Of a DNA stretch of 60,000 nt, positions 1-11,197 are shown in pieces. A program made the translations under genes and the position numbers. Source of the stretch: Malacoraja senta (lineage: Eukaryota); assembly GCA_038087875.1 (NCBI GenBank), contig CM075997.1, positions 3,350,001 through 3,410,000 on the forward strand, given 5' to 3'. The notes under the pieces are model-generated. The model searched no databases, was not told the origin of the DNA, and worked only from the letters and a program-made list of their open reading frames with translations. Positions within the stretch are counted from its first letter, which is position 1. Each line of letters starts with the position of its first letter.

Positions 1-80
1 ACCGATTGGTAGAATATCTGCAGCATCTTACTGCAGACTTTGAAGGAGCGGAGCCTTCTCAAAAAGTACAGTCCCAATGT
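1..80 (-). mobile_element. Rex1/Babar-type LINE fragment (C-terminal ORF region)
   Basis: Minus strand translates LYFLRRLRSFKVCSKMLQIFYQS, homologous to LFFLRRLRKVHLSPQILVNFYRC in the Rex1 copy at ~25040-25110. Confidence 0.7.
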
Positions 81-530
81 ACAGGGTCCCTTCTTGTCTA
101 TGGAAGCAGCATAACCCATCCTCTACCCTCCAGTCTTGCATAGATCATATGATCAACCAACTGGTGCTCTATCCACTACCTTTGACAAATGGAGCATTTA
201 GATGAAGTGCTCCTTGAACAGGTTGAAGTAGACGCTGGGCGCCTGTACGATTACTGGGGTAAAGGCCCTCCCAAGTTGGAGCCTCTGCTCTTGGTCTTTC
301 CGCTTCCTTTGCAAGGTAGCCCTTTGTCTTTTGTCCCTCCTGCTCCTGTTCAAGTGACCACAGTGCAGCTATACTAAAACACCCACACACTTTAAGCAAA
401 GAAGTTTAATCTCCTAAAAATACTTGCTGCATTGTTCTAAAACAACCTGGAAGCTCCAGCCCACAGTGCAGTTGAATCAATCCATATATCGCTGTACACT
501 TACCCTGGATCCGCCCTTGGCCTACGCTAT

Positions 531-890
531 CTCCCGCTTGCCAAACATTTTAACTCCGCTTCCCATTCCCACACTGACCTTTCTGTCTTTGGTCTTCTCC
601 ACTGTCAGAGTGAGGCCACACACAAATTGGAGGATTAGCATCTCATATTTTGCTTGGGCAGTTTACAACCCAGCGGTATAAACACTGATTTCTCTTATTT
701 CAAATAACTCTGTCATTCCCTCCCTCTTACTAGTTCCACTGTTTGCTTTGTTATTACCCAGTCGTTATCACCTCTTCTCCACCCAACAATGGGCTGTAAT
801 GGACTACACCCTTCCTGAGGTATCTGTTGCCGGCCCTGTTTTATTCTGGCTTTCTCTCGCCTCCAGTTTCCCCGTTCCCCTTCCCCTTGC
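531..890 (+). mobile_element. Penelope-like element (PLE) remnant: end of GIY-YIG ORF plus 3' UTR
   Basis: 531-707 translates LPLAKHFNSASHSHTDLSVFGLLHCQSEATHKLED*HLIFCLGSLQPSGINTDFSYFK*, typical of a PLE endonuclease C-terminus; homologous to 54700-54790. Confidence 0.7.
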
Positions 891-956
891 TGCCTCACAA
901 CACCAGAGACCCAGGTTCCATCCTGACTACTGGTGCCCTCTGTAAGGAGTTTATAC

Positions 957-1351
957 CAAAGATCCTATAGCGAGCAAGATAGTCCACTCGACGAAAAAGA
1001 CGTAGTACGGTCATGGGCAGATTCATGGGTCATTTAAGGCCCCATTTCCGTAACCGGCTTCCGTCTCCGCACCAAAGATCCCATAGGATACTAGTGCGGA
1101 GACGGAAGCCGGTTACGGAAACATCCTCGTAAAAATAAACGTTCTTTGGTAAAATTCTTCTCCTCATTTTCAGAATTTTAATTTATTAACACAAACTGTT
1201 CCCCCGCAACGTTGATTACACTGCGAGTCGGGTCGGGTCGGGTTACTGAAATGGATGAAAAAAAGGCCCACGTTCCGTTCCATTGCGTACTACACGTCAG
1301 CCCATTGCATTTAGCAGGAGTGGTCTATCTTGCTCCACTATAGGATCTTTG
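957..1351. mobile_element. Non-autonomous hAT DNA transposon (MITE)
   Basis: TIR CAAAGATCCTATAG.../...CTATAGGATCTTTG (imperfect to ~33 bp); 8-bp TSD gtttatac at 949-956 and 1352-1359. Confidence 0.85.
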
Positions 1352-1442
1352 GTTTATACATTCTCCCTGTGACCGCGTGTTTTTTTTTGTCTGGTGCTCC
1401 AGTTTCCACCCACATTCCAAAGACGTACAGGGTTGTAGGTTA

Positions 1443-1651
1443 GACAAAAATGCTGGAGAAACTCAGCGGGTGAGGCAGCATCTATGGAGCGAAGGAAATA
1501 GGCAACGTTTCGGGCCAAAACCCTTCTTCAGACTGACGGCCCGAAACGTTGCCTATTTCCTTCGCTCCATAGATGCTGCCTCACCCGTTGAGTTTCTCCA
1601 GCATTTTTGTCTACCTTCGATTTTCCAGCATCTGCAGTTCCTTCTTAAACT
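1443..1651. mobile_element. Inverted (palindromic) PLE terminal-repeat insertion, subfamily A
   Basis: Arms 1441-1513 and 1538-1613 are reverse complements; 13-bp TSD gggttgtaggtta at 1430-1442 and 1652-1664. Confidence 0.85.
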
Positions 1652-2001
1652 GGGTTGTAGGTTAATTGGCTTTGGTGAAAAATAGTAAATCGTCCCTGGT
1701 ACGGCATGGATTTGGTGGGCCGAAGGGCCTGTTTAGTGGCTGTATCTCTTAACTAAACTAAACGTGTTTGTTATGTGCATTGTATTGTACAATCAGAATA
1801 TACATGATAGGCCAAAGAATGACGCAAAATGTAACTCAGCGGCACAGGCAACATTTCTGCATAGAAGCAATAGGTGATATTTTGGGTCGAAACCCTTCTT
1901 CAGAATGAGAGTCAGGGGAGAGGGAAACACAGAAACGTTTCACGTGGTCAATGTTACCGAAGTTGATCCCATAATACATTAAGGACAACGTTCTATGGTG
2001 G

Positions 2002-2645
2002 TTTCCGTATAAACTTCAAGATCCTCCTCCATGTCTACAAAGCCCTCAATGGGCTTGCCCCCACCTACATTAAAAGTCTTCTCACCCACCACTCCACATC
2101 CAGGCCCCTCAGATCGGTCGACTTGGGGTTGCTGAATATCCCACGGTCTAGGCATAAGCTCAGGGGCGACCGCGCCTTTGCGGTTGCAGCCCCTAGACTG
2201 TGGAACAGCATCCCCTTTCCCATCAGAACTGCCCCCTCCATCGACTCTTTTAAGTCAAGACTAAAAACTTATCTATAATCCCAAGCCTTTCCTGACGTCC
2301 TCTGAGTGAGGGCTACATGTATATATGTATGTTGTTTTTTTCTGGTGCTCCAGTTTCCACCCACATTCCAAAGACGTACAGGGTTGTAGGTTAGACAAAA
2401 ATGCTGGAGAAACTCAGCGGGTGAGGCAGCATCTATTGAGTCTGAAGAAGGGTTTCGCCCCGAAACGTTGCCTATTTCCTTCGCTCCATAGATGCTGCTG
2501 CACCCGCTGAGTTTCTCCAGCATTTTTGTGTACCTATATATGTATGTAGTTTGTTTTGTTTGTGCTATTCTTATAACAAATGTAAAGCACTTTGGCCAAC
2601 GAGAGTTGTTTTTTAAATGTGCTATATAAATAAACGTGACTTGAG
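2002..2645 (+). mobile_element. L2-clade LINE 3' end
   Basis: Translates FRINFKILLHVYKALNGLAPTYIKSLL...GDRAFAVAAPRLWNSIP...SFKSRLKTYLYSQAF; L2-type tail tgtaaagcactttgg...gtgctatataaataaa; same tail on the minus strand at ~27552-27625. Confidence 0.85.
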
Positions 2646-3106
2646 TTGACTATGGCACTGCTGATGAACAAATTAGTTAGGAAGAAAACTAGGCCCTCAA
2701 GTCTGCTCCGCCTCCTAAAACAGATCACTGCTGATTGTAATCTCAACTCTGTATTCCTCACCACCTGAAGTAACCGTGAAAGAATCTAAACTATCTCTGC
2801 TTCAATATTCAAAATATTTTAAAACTACTTCCATTACTCAAGTCCAGAGTCAAAAATATTTAATTGTCATATTCATCCAATCCAGAACAATTAAATTCTA
2901 TAAAGCTGCAGCAATTAAGAATTTATAAATTGTTCAGGATCTGATGCCTATAAACATTTGTGACTCTTACATAGAACATAGACATCGAGCATAGAACAGT
3001 ATAGAACAGGAACAGGCCCTTCAGCCTCAATGTCTGTGCAGAACATGATGCCAACTTAATCTAATCTCCACTGCCTGTAGGTGATCCATATCCCACCATT
3101 CCCGAC

Positions 3107-3445
3107 TAGAGAATGTTTCCACTAGTGGGAGAGTCCAGAACTGGAGGTCAAAGCCCCAGAATTAAAGGACTTTCCTTTAGGAAGGAGATGAGGAGGAATT
3201 TCTTTATTCAGAGGGTGGTGAACCTGTGGAATTCTTTGCCACAGAAGGCTGTGGAGGTCGTCAATATAAATTGTTAAGGCAGAAACAGATAGATTCTTGA
3301 TTAGTACGGGTGTCAGGGGTTATGGTGAGACGTCAGGAGAATGGGGTTAGAAGGGAGAGATAGATCCACCGTGATTGAATGGCGGACTAGACTTGATGGG
3401 CTGAATGGCCCAATTCTGCTCCTATGACTTATGAGCTTATGACCT
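3107..3445 (+). mobile_element. CR1 LINE 3' fragment
   Basis: Encodes ...RRNFFIQRVVNLWNSLPQKAVE; CR1 tail gggctgaatggcccaattctgctcctatgact. Confidence 0.8.
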
Positions 3446-4161
3446 ATGTCTGCAGTATGTGGCAATCCAACCTAGCCCCAAAGTGCTGGAGCAACTCAGC
3501 AGGTCAGACAGCATCACTGAGACAACAATTTCACCCAACAGCCTCTTAAATGCCACTATTGTATCTGCCTCCACCATCACCTCCTGGTAGTGAATTCCAG
3601 GTGCCCACTACTCTCTGTGTAAAAAACTGTCCCCTCATGCGGGCAACTAGAACTGCACACAATGCTCCAAATGCAGCCTAACCAAAATCCCAGAAAACAT
3701 CGTGGAAGTTGCAAAGACTTGTAATCCTCTGAAGGAAAAAAATACATTGGCTCTTATTTCTTATTAGTGGCTCCTGCTACCAGATTCTCGCAGGAAGTAA
3801 ACATTTTCAGCACATCCACCTTGTTAAGACCCATCAGGATCTTACATGTATCAATCAAGTCCCCTCCCAAACTCCAGCGAGTTTATCAAACCTTTCCTCA
3901 TATAAAAGCCAACCCTTTCAGGTTCATTGTGAACCCTCTCTGAAGTGCTTCTCTCCTCCTTTAACTAACACCAATACTTTAAACTATACAACAACTTAAG
4001 TGAGAGGATGGCACAGTGGCGCAGTTGGCAGTGATGCTGCCAAGGGCCTGTTTCCATGTTGCATCATTAAACTAAACAGGGCCTCACCCATGCCTGAAAT
4101 GGGTGAAACATAATCTCTGTATTTATGCATTCAATTCCCATAGCAATACAAAATAACATTT

Positions 4162-4558
4162 TGTGTAGGAAAGAACTGCAGATGCTGGTTTAAATCGAAT
4201 GTAGAAACAAACTGCTGGAGTAACTCAGTGGGTCAGGCAGCATCTCTGGAGAGAAGGAATGGGTGACGTTTTGGGTCGAGACCCTTCTTCAGACTGAAGA
4301 AGGGTCTCGACCCGAAATGTCAACCAATCAATCAATCAATCAATCAGTTTTATTCATCCCATACACAATAAAGTACAGTGAAATGAATTTGCCAGCAGCG
4401 GTACAATCAAAAAACACACAATACACAATAAAATTTAACACAGACATCCACCACAGCACTTCTTCACTGTGGTGGAAGACACAAAGTAGTCAGTCCTCCT
4501 TCTCTCCAGAGATGCTGCCTGTCCCGCTGAGTTACTCCAGCAGTTTGTGTCTACCTTC
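4162..4558. mobile_element. PLE palindrome (subfamily B) with a nested minus-strand LINE tail
   Basis: Axis at 4293 (cccttcttcag-a-ctgaagaaggg); right arm interrupted at ~4325-4497 by a (TTGA)n-tailed element. Confidence 0.75.
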
Positions 4559-4936
4559 AAAATGACATTTTGTTCGCTTTCTTCATTATTTGACATTGGA
4601 TAGGTATTGGTTTATTATTGCCACGTGGACAGCTACAGAGATAGTGTAGATTAAAAAAAGCGCAAGGTGCACAGCGAGGTAGATTGGAAGATCAGAAATC
4701 ACTCATAGCATACGAGAGATCATTTCAAGAGTCCGATATCAATGGGAAAGAAGCTGTTCTTGAATCTGGTGGTACGTGGTTTCAAGCTCTGGTATCTTCT
4801 GCCCACGGGAGAGGGGAGAAGAGGGAATGAGTGAGATATGAATGGTTCCTGATTAACACCAGGACACCAGACTGACGTCAGCTGGACTTGGTATCTCTAG
4901 TTACAACACTCTATGGTACAAGGTTCTTGATTCTAA

Positions 4937-5333
4937 AGGGCCTGTCCCACTTTCACGAGGTAATTCACAAATTCTCCTGAGTTTTCCCCTTGATTCAAAC
5001 TCGCAGAATGTTTGTAACGAGTCCGTAGGAGTTGGTAGATATATCGTAGCGGCTCGTTATGCCAGCCGTAGGTACTCGTGGCATCAGGTAAGTCGGGACG
5101 TTTTTTCCAGCCCGATAAAAAAATGTCCACGAGTAAAAAAATGGTCGGGATGAAAGAAATTGCAACTTTTTACTCGTAAGGAGGGCATCGAAATAGTCGT
5201 GGGGATTCGTAGACATACTCGTAGGAGTTCGTGAACATAGTCGTGGAAGGTCGTAGGAGTTCGTAGATTACCACAATCTTGATTTTGTTTTAGGTTAAGG
5301 TTTTTGAATTGTCGTGAAAGTGGGACAGGCCCT
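4937..5333. mobile_element. PIF/Harbinger-type MITE
   Basis: 22-bp perfect TIR agggcctgtcccactttcacga; 3-bp TAA TSD at 4934-4936 and 5334-5336; many internal tcgt(a/g) subrepeats. Confidence 0.85.
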
Positions 5334-6142
5334 TAAGGCAGCGATCACATGTTGGATTCACAATATTCACAAAGTATCAACTGTTTTTCTCAACTTCCTC
5401 AGGAAAAGAGTGGTTCAACAGAAGAAAAAAGGGATGAACATATGAAATGCTGATTTATTCAAGCAACCACCTTGACCTCCACCCTCGGGTTTATTGTGAC
5501 AAAGCTACACAGAACTTCCTCCCACATTGCTTTTGTCCAGAAATGTGAATGGTGGAATTTATAAATGCCTCCTTGGAACCCATTTTGGGTAAATGAAAAT
5601 TGCTTAAAATCAACCCTTGAGAAGTCTGGACCATTTCCCGTACCTTGCTTAGTTTACATTTAAAATCAGGTCATGCGTTGAAGGTTTGGCAAGAATTCAG
5701 AACAAAAGGTTACATTGTAGAAACAAAGAACTGCAGATGCTAGCTTATAGCAAATATAGACACAAAGTGCTGGAGTAACTCAGCATCTCTGGAGAAAAAG
5801 GGTAGGTGATATTTCGGGTCGGGAGCCTTCTTCAGACTGAAATAGGGAATGGGGGGGGGGGGGGGAGTACCTCAGTGGGTCGGGTAGAATCTCTGAAGAA
5901 AAAGGGTAGGTGATGTTTCAGATCAGGACCCTTCTTCAGATTGAACGTAGGGGGTGGGGTGAAGAGCTGGACGTGAGGAATCAGTGAGAGAAGGTTTTAC
6001 AGAACTACCATTCTTCATATTGCCAATTTTAACTCTGAAAATATTCTGTGTTCTGTGATCATTTGTGAAGAAATGTTGCTTTTGTCTTAATTTTAAAGAG
6101 AGCTTGCAAATAAGGAAAAAAGAAAAGCATTGAATTACCACA

Positions 6143-6470
6143 GGGCGGTCACGGTGGCTCCGCGGTAGAGTTGCTGCCTAACAGCGAATGCAGCGCTGGA
6201 GACCCAGGTTCAATCCTGACTACGGGTGCTGTCTGTACGGAGTTTGCACGTTGTCCCCGTGATCTGCGTGGGTTTTCTCCGAGATCTTCGGTTTCCTCCC
6301 ACACTCCAAAGACGTGCAGGTTTGTAGGTTAATTGGCTTGGTATAAATGTAAAAATTGTCCCTAGTGGGTGTAGGATAGTGTTAATGTGCGGGGATCGCT
6401 GGTCGGCGCGGACCCGGTGGGCCAAAGGGCCTGTTTCCGTGCTGTATCTCTAAACTAAACTAAAAACTAA
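6143..6470 (+). mobile_element. Full-length tRNA-derived V-/HE1-type SINE
   Basis: A box tggctccgcggt, B box ggttcaatcc, central core gtgggttttctcc...ttcctcccacactccaaagac, CR1-like 3' end and (taaac)n tail. Confidence 0.85.
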
Positions 6471-6635
6471 AATTTCACTCACAGAATGCCAGGCATACAA
6501 GTAGTAAAAAAAGCAACACAACCAGACCTTTATATAATTGAAGAGACATTTTGTCAGTGAACAAACTGCTGGCGGATCTCAAAGGGCCAGGCGGCGTCTG
6601 TGGAGGAAGATGGACAGACATATTGAGTTGGCTTC

Positions 6636-6835
6636 NNNNNNNNNNNNNNNNNNNNNNNNNNNNNNNNNNNNNNNNNNNNNNNNNNNNNNNNNNNNNNNNN
6701 NNNNNNNNNNNNNNNNNNNNNNNNNNNNNNNNNNNNNNNNNNNNNNNNNNNNNNNNNNNNNNNNNNNNNNNNNNNNNNNNNNNNNNNNNNNNNNNNNNNN
6801 NNNNNNNNNNNNNNNNNNNNNNNNNNNNNNNNNNN
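6636..6835. other. Assembly gap (200 N)
   Basis: Run of N. Confidence 1.
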
Positions 6836-7527
6836 TGCCTGACTCGCTGAGATACTCCAGCACTTTGTGTCTATCTTTGGTACAAACCAGCATCTGCAGT
6901 TCCTTGTTTCTACTATCACTCATCTGGATGCAATGAGAATTGAGGTATGGAGATGGAACAGATAGATGTGCAAGAAGGAACTGCAGATGCTGGTTTAAAC
7001 CAAAGATAGACTCAAAAAGCTGGAGTAACTCAGCGGGACAGGCAGCATCTCTGGAGAGAAGGAATGGGTGACGTTTCAGGTGGAGACCCTTCTTCAGACT
7101 GATAGATGCAACAGATAATAGGTTGAGAACCCCATTAATTGCATTGGAGGAGAAGGCAAGGTTCTTCAGAGCAGATGCAATGGATCCAGGGACAGTTGGA
7201 GAAACGCAATGGTTTCCTAACAAGCTGGGTGGGAAGATGCGTGGTCAAGAACCTGTGGCTTCGTAACAGATATTGTTTGCTAACCAATCCTCGGAGATGG
7301 AAGTAAAGATTTAAGGATTCAATTATACTTTATTTTCACATGTGCCTAGGTACAGTGAAATTCTTGGTACTTGCATACATTCCGGTAAAATCATACAGCA
7401 GACCTCACCTCGGCAGTACACAGAGTCGCCACGTTTCTGGCTCCCACACAGTTACATAAAGGTCCTTGGAAGGTCTATATTGCCTTCTAGGCGGTGAACC
7501 AGGTCCGCCGTTGCATGAGGCAGCTGG

Positions 7528-7685
7528 CTGCCCCCCTTTGATCTTGGTGGCCACCTCCCACTGGGTCCCCCTTAGGTCTCGGCAGCCCCCCGTCGGGTCC
7601 CCCTTTGATCTCGGCGCCCTCCCCCCCCCCCCCCTGCCAGGTGCCCCTTTGATCTCGGCGGCCCTCTCCACTGGGTCCCCCTTCA
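7528..7685. repeat. GC-rich degenerate minisatellite (~33-40 bp unit)
   Basis: Recurrent (gggtc)cccctttgatctcggcg(g)cc motif, about 4-5 copies. Confidence 0.65.
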
Positions 7686-8831
7686 AACTAGGCGGCAAAA
7701 AAAGGAAAAGAAGATGGACACAAAACTCCGGAATAACTCAGCGGGACAGGCAGCATCTGTGGAGAGAAGGAATGGGTGACATTTCGGGTAAAGTCCCTTC
7801 TTACACAAAGGAAAAGAAAAATCAGAGATGGATTATGTGAAATAGAGTGGAAATTGGTGACTAAGGTAATGAAACTTTTCCGTACAAGAGCAGGAAGCAG
7901 CAACAATACAGTCGTCTGAATATGTAATTGTTTCATTTTATCTGTAGGTTCCTCCTATCAATAGATAGCTTTTGATAATAAAAACAAACAATAATCATAC
8001 TATTCTGAAAAATATTGTTTCCCCAGCTTAAAGGAAGTTCAGAGATTCAAAAAGGAACACCCATCATTGATTGATCCAACTTGGCTATAACATCTACATC
8101 TAATACACCTTGAGGAACCTATACACATGCTCCGTTGGTTGAGAGATTGTGTAAATGCATTAAAGTTGTGTTTAAGTCACAGAAGGCAGCAAAGATGGCA
8201 AAAGGAGAGTGTTACAAATGGAGTGATAAAAATGTGCAAAATCAAGGACAAATGAGAATGAAAACAGGACATAATACCTCAGAAGAACACAAAGAATAAG
8301 GGACACAAAAAGCTGGAGTAAATCAGCGGGTCAGGCAGCATCTCTGGAGAAGAGGAGACTCAAGTCTGAAGAAGGGTCTCGATCAGAAACGTCACCTATT
8401 CCTTTTCTCCAGAGATGCTGCCTGACCTGGTGAATTACTTTTTGTGTCTATCTTCGGTTTAAACCAGCATCTGCACTTCCTTCCTACACAAAGAATGAGG
8501 GAGTTTAGAAAAATGTTTCTTGAATCTGTGAGTAATATTGTGCCTTTGAACTTACTGGAATTTATTGGGAGTATTCCTATTCTTTGTGTATCAAATCTGT
8601 TTTACTTACGCTGGGCTGGAATTCCCCTGAACTAACATCAGGATTTAGGAATGACATCTGCGGAGAGGTCAAATTCTTAACCTCACCCAGTTCACAAACT
8701 TCAGAGTGGTGTTTCCACAATAAACAGCAGGACTAGTGAGATTAAATGTAATACTATTAACTGTAGTAGAAGCCTTTGTAAAAGGAAGTATCAATCTAGT
8801 ATAATTTCTCTCTTAAGGGATAAATTTCATA

Positions 8832-9305
8832 GATCATATAACCATATAACAACCATATAACAATTACAGCACGGAAACAGGCCATCTCGGCCCTTCTAGT
8901 CCGTGCCGAACACTTACTCTCACCTAGTCCCATCTACCTGCACTCAGACCATAACCCTCCCTTCCTTTCCCATCCATATACCTATCCAATTTATTTTTAA
9001 ATGATAAAATCGAACCTGCCTCCACCACTTCCACTGGAAGCTCATTCCACACAGCTACCACTCTCTGAGTAAAGAAGTTCCCCTCATGTTACCCCTAAAT
9101 TTTTGTCCCTTAATTCTCAAATCATGTCCTCTTGTTTGAATTTCCCTACTCTCCAATGGAAAAAGCTTATCCACGTCAACTCTGTCTATCCCTCTCATAA
9201 TTTTAAAGACCTCTATCAAGTCCCCCCTTAACCTTCTGCGCTCCAAAGAATAAAGACCTACCTTGTTCAACCTTTCTCTGTAACTTAGTTGCTGAAACCC
9301 AGGCA
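8832..9305 (-). mobile_element. CR1 LINE 3' end (HER1-like)
   Basis: ORF LSYRERLNKVGLYSLERRRLRGDLIEVFKIMRGIDRV; 3' end ggcctgtttccgtgctgt is shared with the SINE tail. Confidence 0.85.
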
Positions 9306-9684
9306 ATAGTTGACATTGTTGCAAATTTTAAATCTCAAGCTAATAGTTCTCAACTGACATTAACAACATTCTTACCTTCCTGTCAGACAGTAATAGGTTT
9401 AAAACAGAACATACTGTCACGTATAAAGCAGTCTGACACTTCATTCAAGGATTGCCAGAGGTGCTGCCACTACTCAGTCATTCATCTGACCCCAATGCAA
9501 CTATGTTGAAACAAAGAACTGCAGATGGTGGTTTATACCAAAGATCGACACAAAGTGCTGGAGTAACTCTGGGTCAGGCAGCATCTCTGGAGAAAAAGGA
9601 TGGGTGACGTTTCGGATTGGGGAAGGATCCCAACCCAAAACGTCGCCCATCCAAACCACCCATCACCCATCCAAAAGAATGATC

Positions 9685-10110
9685 TACTGGGCTCATATTC
9701 ACTGGAATTTAGAAGGATGAGAGGGTATCTTATAGAAACATATAAAAATATTAAGGGATTGGACAGGCTAAATGAAGGAAAAATCTTCCCGATGTTGGGG
9801 GAGTCCTGAACCAGGGGTCACAGTTTAAAATAATGGGTAGGCCATTTAGGACCCAGATGAGGAAAAACTTTTTCACCCAGAGATTTGTGAATCTGTGGAA
9901 TTCTCAGCCACAGAAGGCAGTGGAGGCCAATTCACTGGATGTATTCAAGAGAGAGTTAGATTTAGCTCTTAGGGCCAATGGAATCAAGGGATATGGGGAG
10001 AAAGCAGGAACGGGGTACTGATTTTGGATGATCAGCCATGATCATATTGAATGGTGATGCTGGCTCGAAGAGCAGAATGGCCTACCCCTGCACCTATTTT
10101 CTATGTTTCT
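9685..10110 (+). mobile_element. CR1 LINE 3' fragment nested in a PLE palindrome (~9505-10170)
   Basis: YSLEFRRMRGYLIETYK...NFFTQRFVNLWNS; PLE arms on both sides. Confidence 0.8.
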
Positions 10111-10952
10111 ATCCTTTTACTCCAGAGATGCTGCCTGACCCGCTGAGTTACTCCAGCATCTATTGCGTCTATTCCATTAAAACTACGATAGTCTGCATTT
10201 AGTTACAATAACTCCATGGCAATACAATCCACATTATTAATATTCTTAAATATTACTGTATACACCACAAGTTGGCAATTTCCAACAACATTTCTGGTTC
10301 AGTTTATGCTGCTCCAACATTTCTTTTACACAGAAGATAGACACAAAAACTTGGGGTAACTCAGGCAGCGTCTCTGGAGAAAAGGAATAGGTGACGTTTC
10401 AGATTGAGACCTTTCTTCAGACTGAGAGGGAAACGAGAAATGCAGACAGCGATATAGAGATATAGAACAAATGAATAAACAAATTACCCGAAACGTCACC
10501 CATTCCTTTTCTCCAGAGATGCTGTCTGTCCCGTTGAGTTACTCCAGCTTTTTGTGTTAACCTTTGGTTTAAACCAGCATCTGCAGTTCCTTCCGACACA
10601 TTTGTTTTACACACCTGGCTTCTCACCCTCTGCCACCCCATTAGTCTGAAAGCTTTACAAATTTACATATCAATTATCTAATAAACTGACCAAGCAGAAA
10701 TATCAATTAACAGTCAGTGCTTCTTAAACAGGGGATAATTGTTCTAGCAATGACAATCAACATCTAATGAAAACAATTTAAACTGCTGACTCGCAAATTC
10801 CTGTACGTTGTAAATATTTCCCAGAGAATTAAAAAAGTTTAAAACATTTAAAATTTTAATTTTAGGCTCAAGTTTTTTTCTATCATTCCTTCCTATCCTT
10901 TTTAAATCCAACCTCGCAAGATCAGGCAGGTCAGGCAGGTCTGGAGGAAACA

Positions 10953-11197
10953 CTTTTTCTCACAGAGAGTGGTGAGTCTGTGGAATTCTCTGCCTCAATG
11001 GGCGGTGGGGGCGGGTTCTCTGGATGCTTTCAAGAGAGAGCTTGATAGGGCTCTTAAAAATAGCGGAGTCAGGGGATATGGGGAGAAGGCAGGAACGGGG
11101 TACTGATTGGGGATGATCAGCCATGATCACATTGAATGGCGGTGCTGGCTCGAAGGGCCGAATGGCCTACTCCTGCACCTATTGTCTATTGTCTATT
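10953..11197 (+). mobile_element. CR1 LINE 3' end
   Basis: FFSQRVVSLWNSLP; tail gggccgaatggcctactcctgcacct(attgtct)n. Confidence 0.8.

Larger units (their letters stand above)
893..1762 (+). mobile_element. tRNA-derived V-/HE1-type SINE interrupted by a hAT MITE and a PLE palindrome
   Basis: B-box-like ccaggttccatcctg at ~911; body resumes at 1352 and 1652; ends gggcctgttt...ctgtatctcttaactaaactaaa like the intact copy at 6143-6470. Confidence 0.75.

Noticed and set aside
1443..1651. PLE palindromes as DNA-transposon MITEs
   Set aside because: Variable ends, variable 12-16 bp TSDs, solo arms and linkage to a GIY-YIG ORF indicate retroposed Penelope termini.
6538..7223. Long ORFs
   Set aside because: Artefacts of reading through the N gap and PLE repeats.
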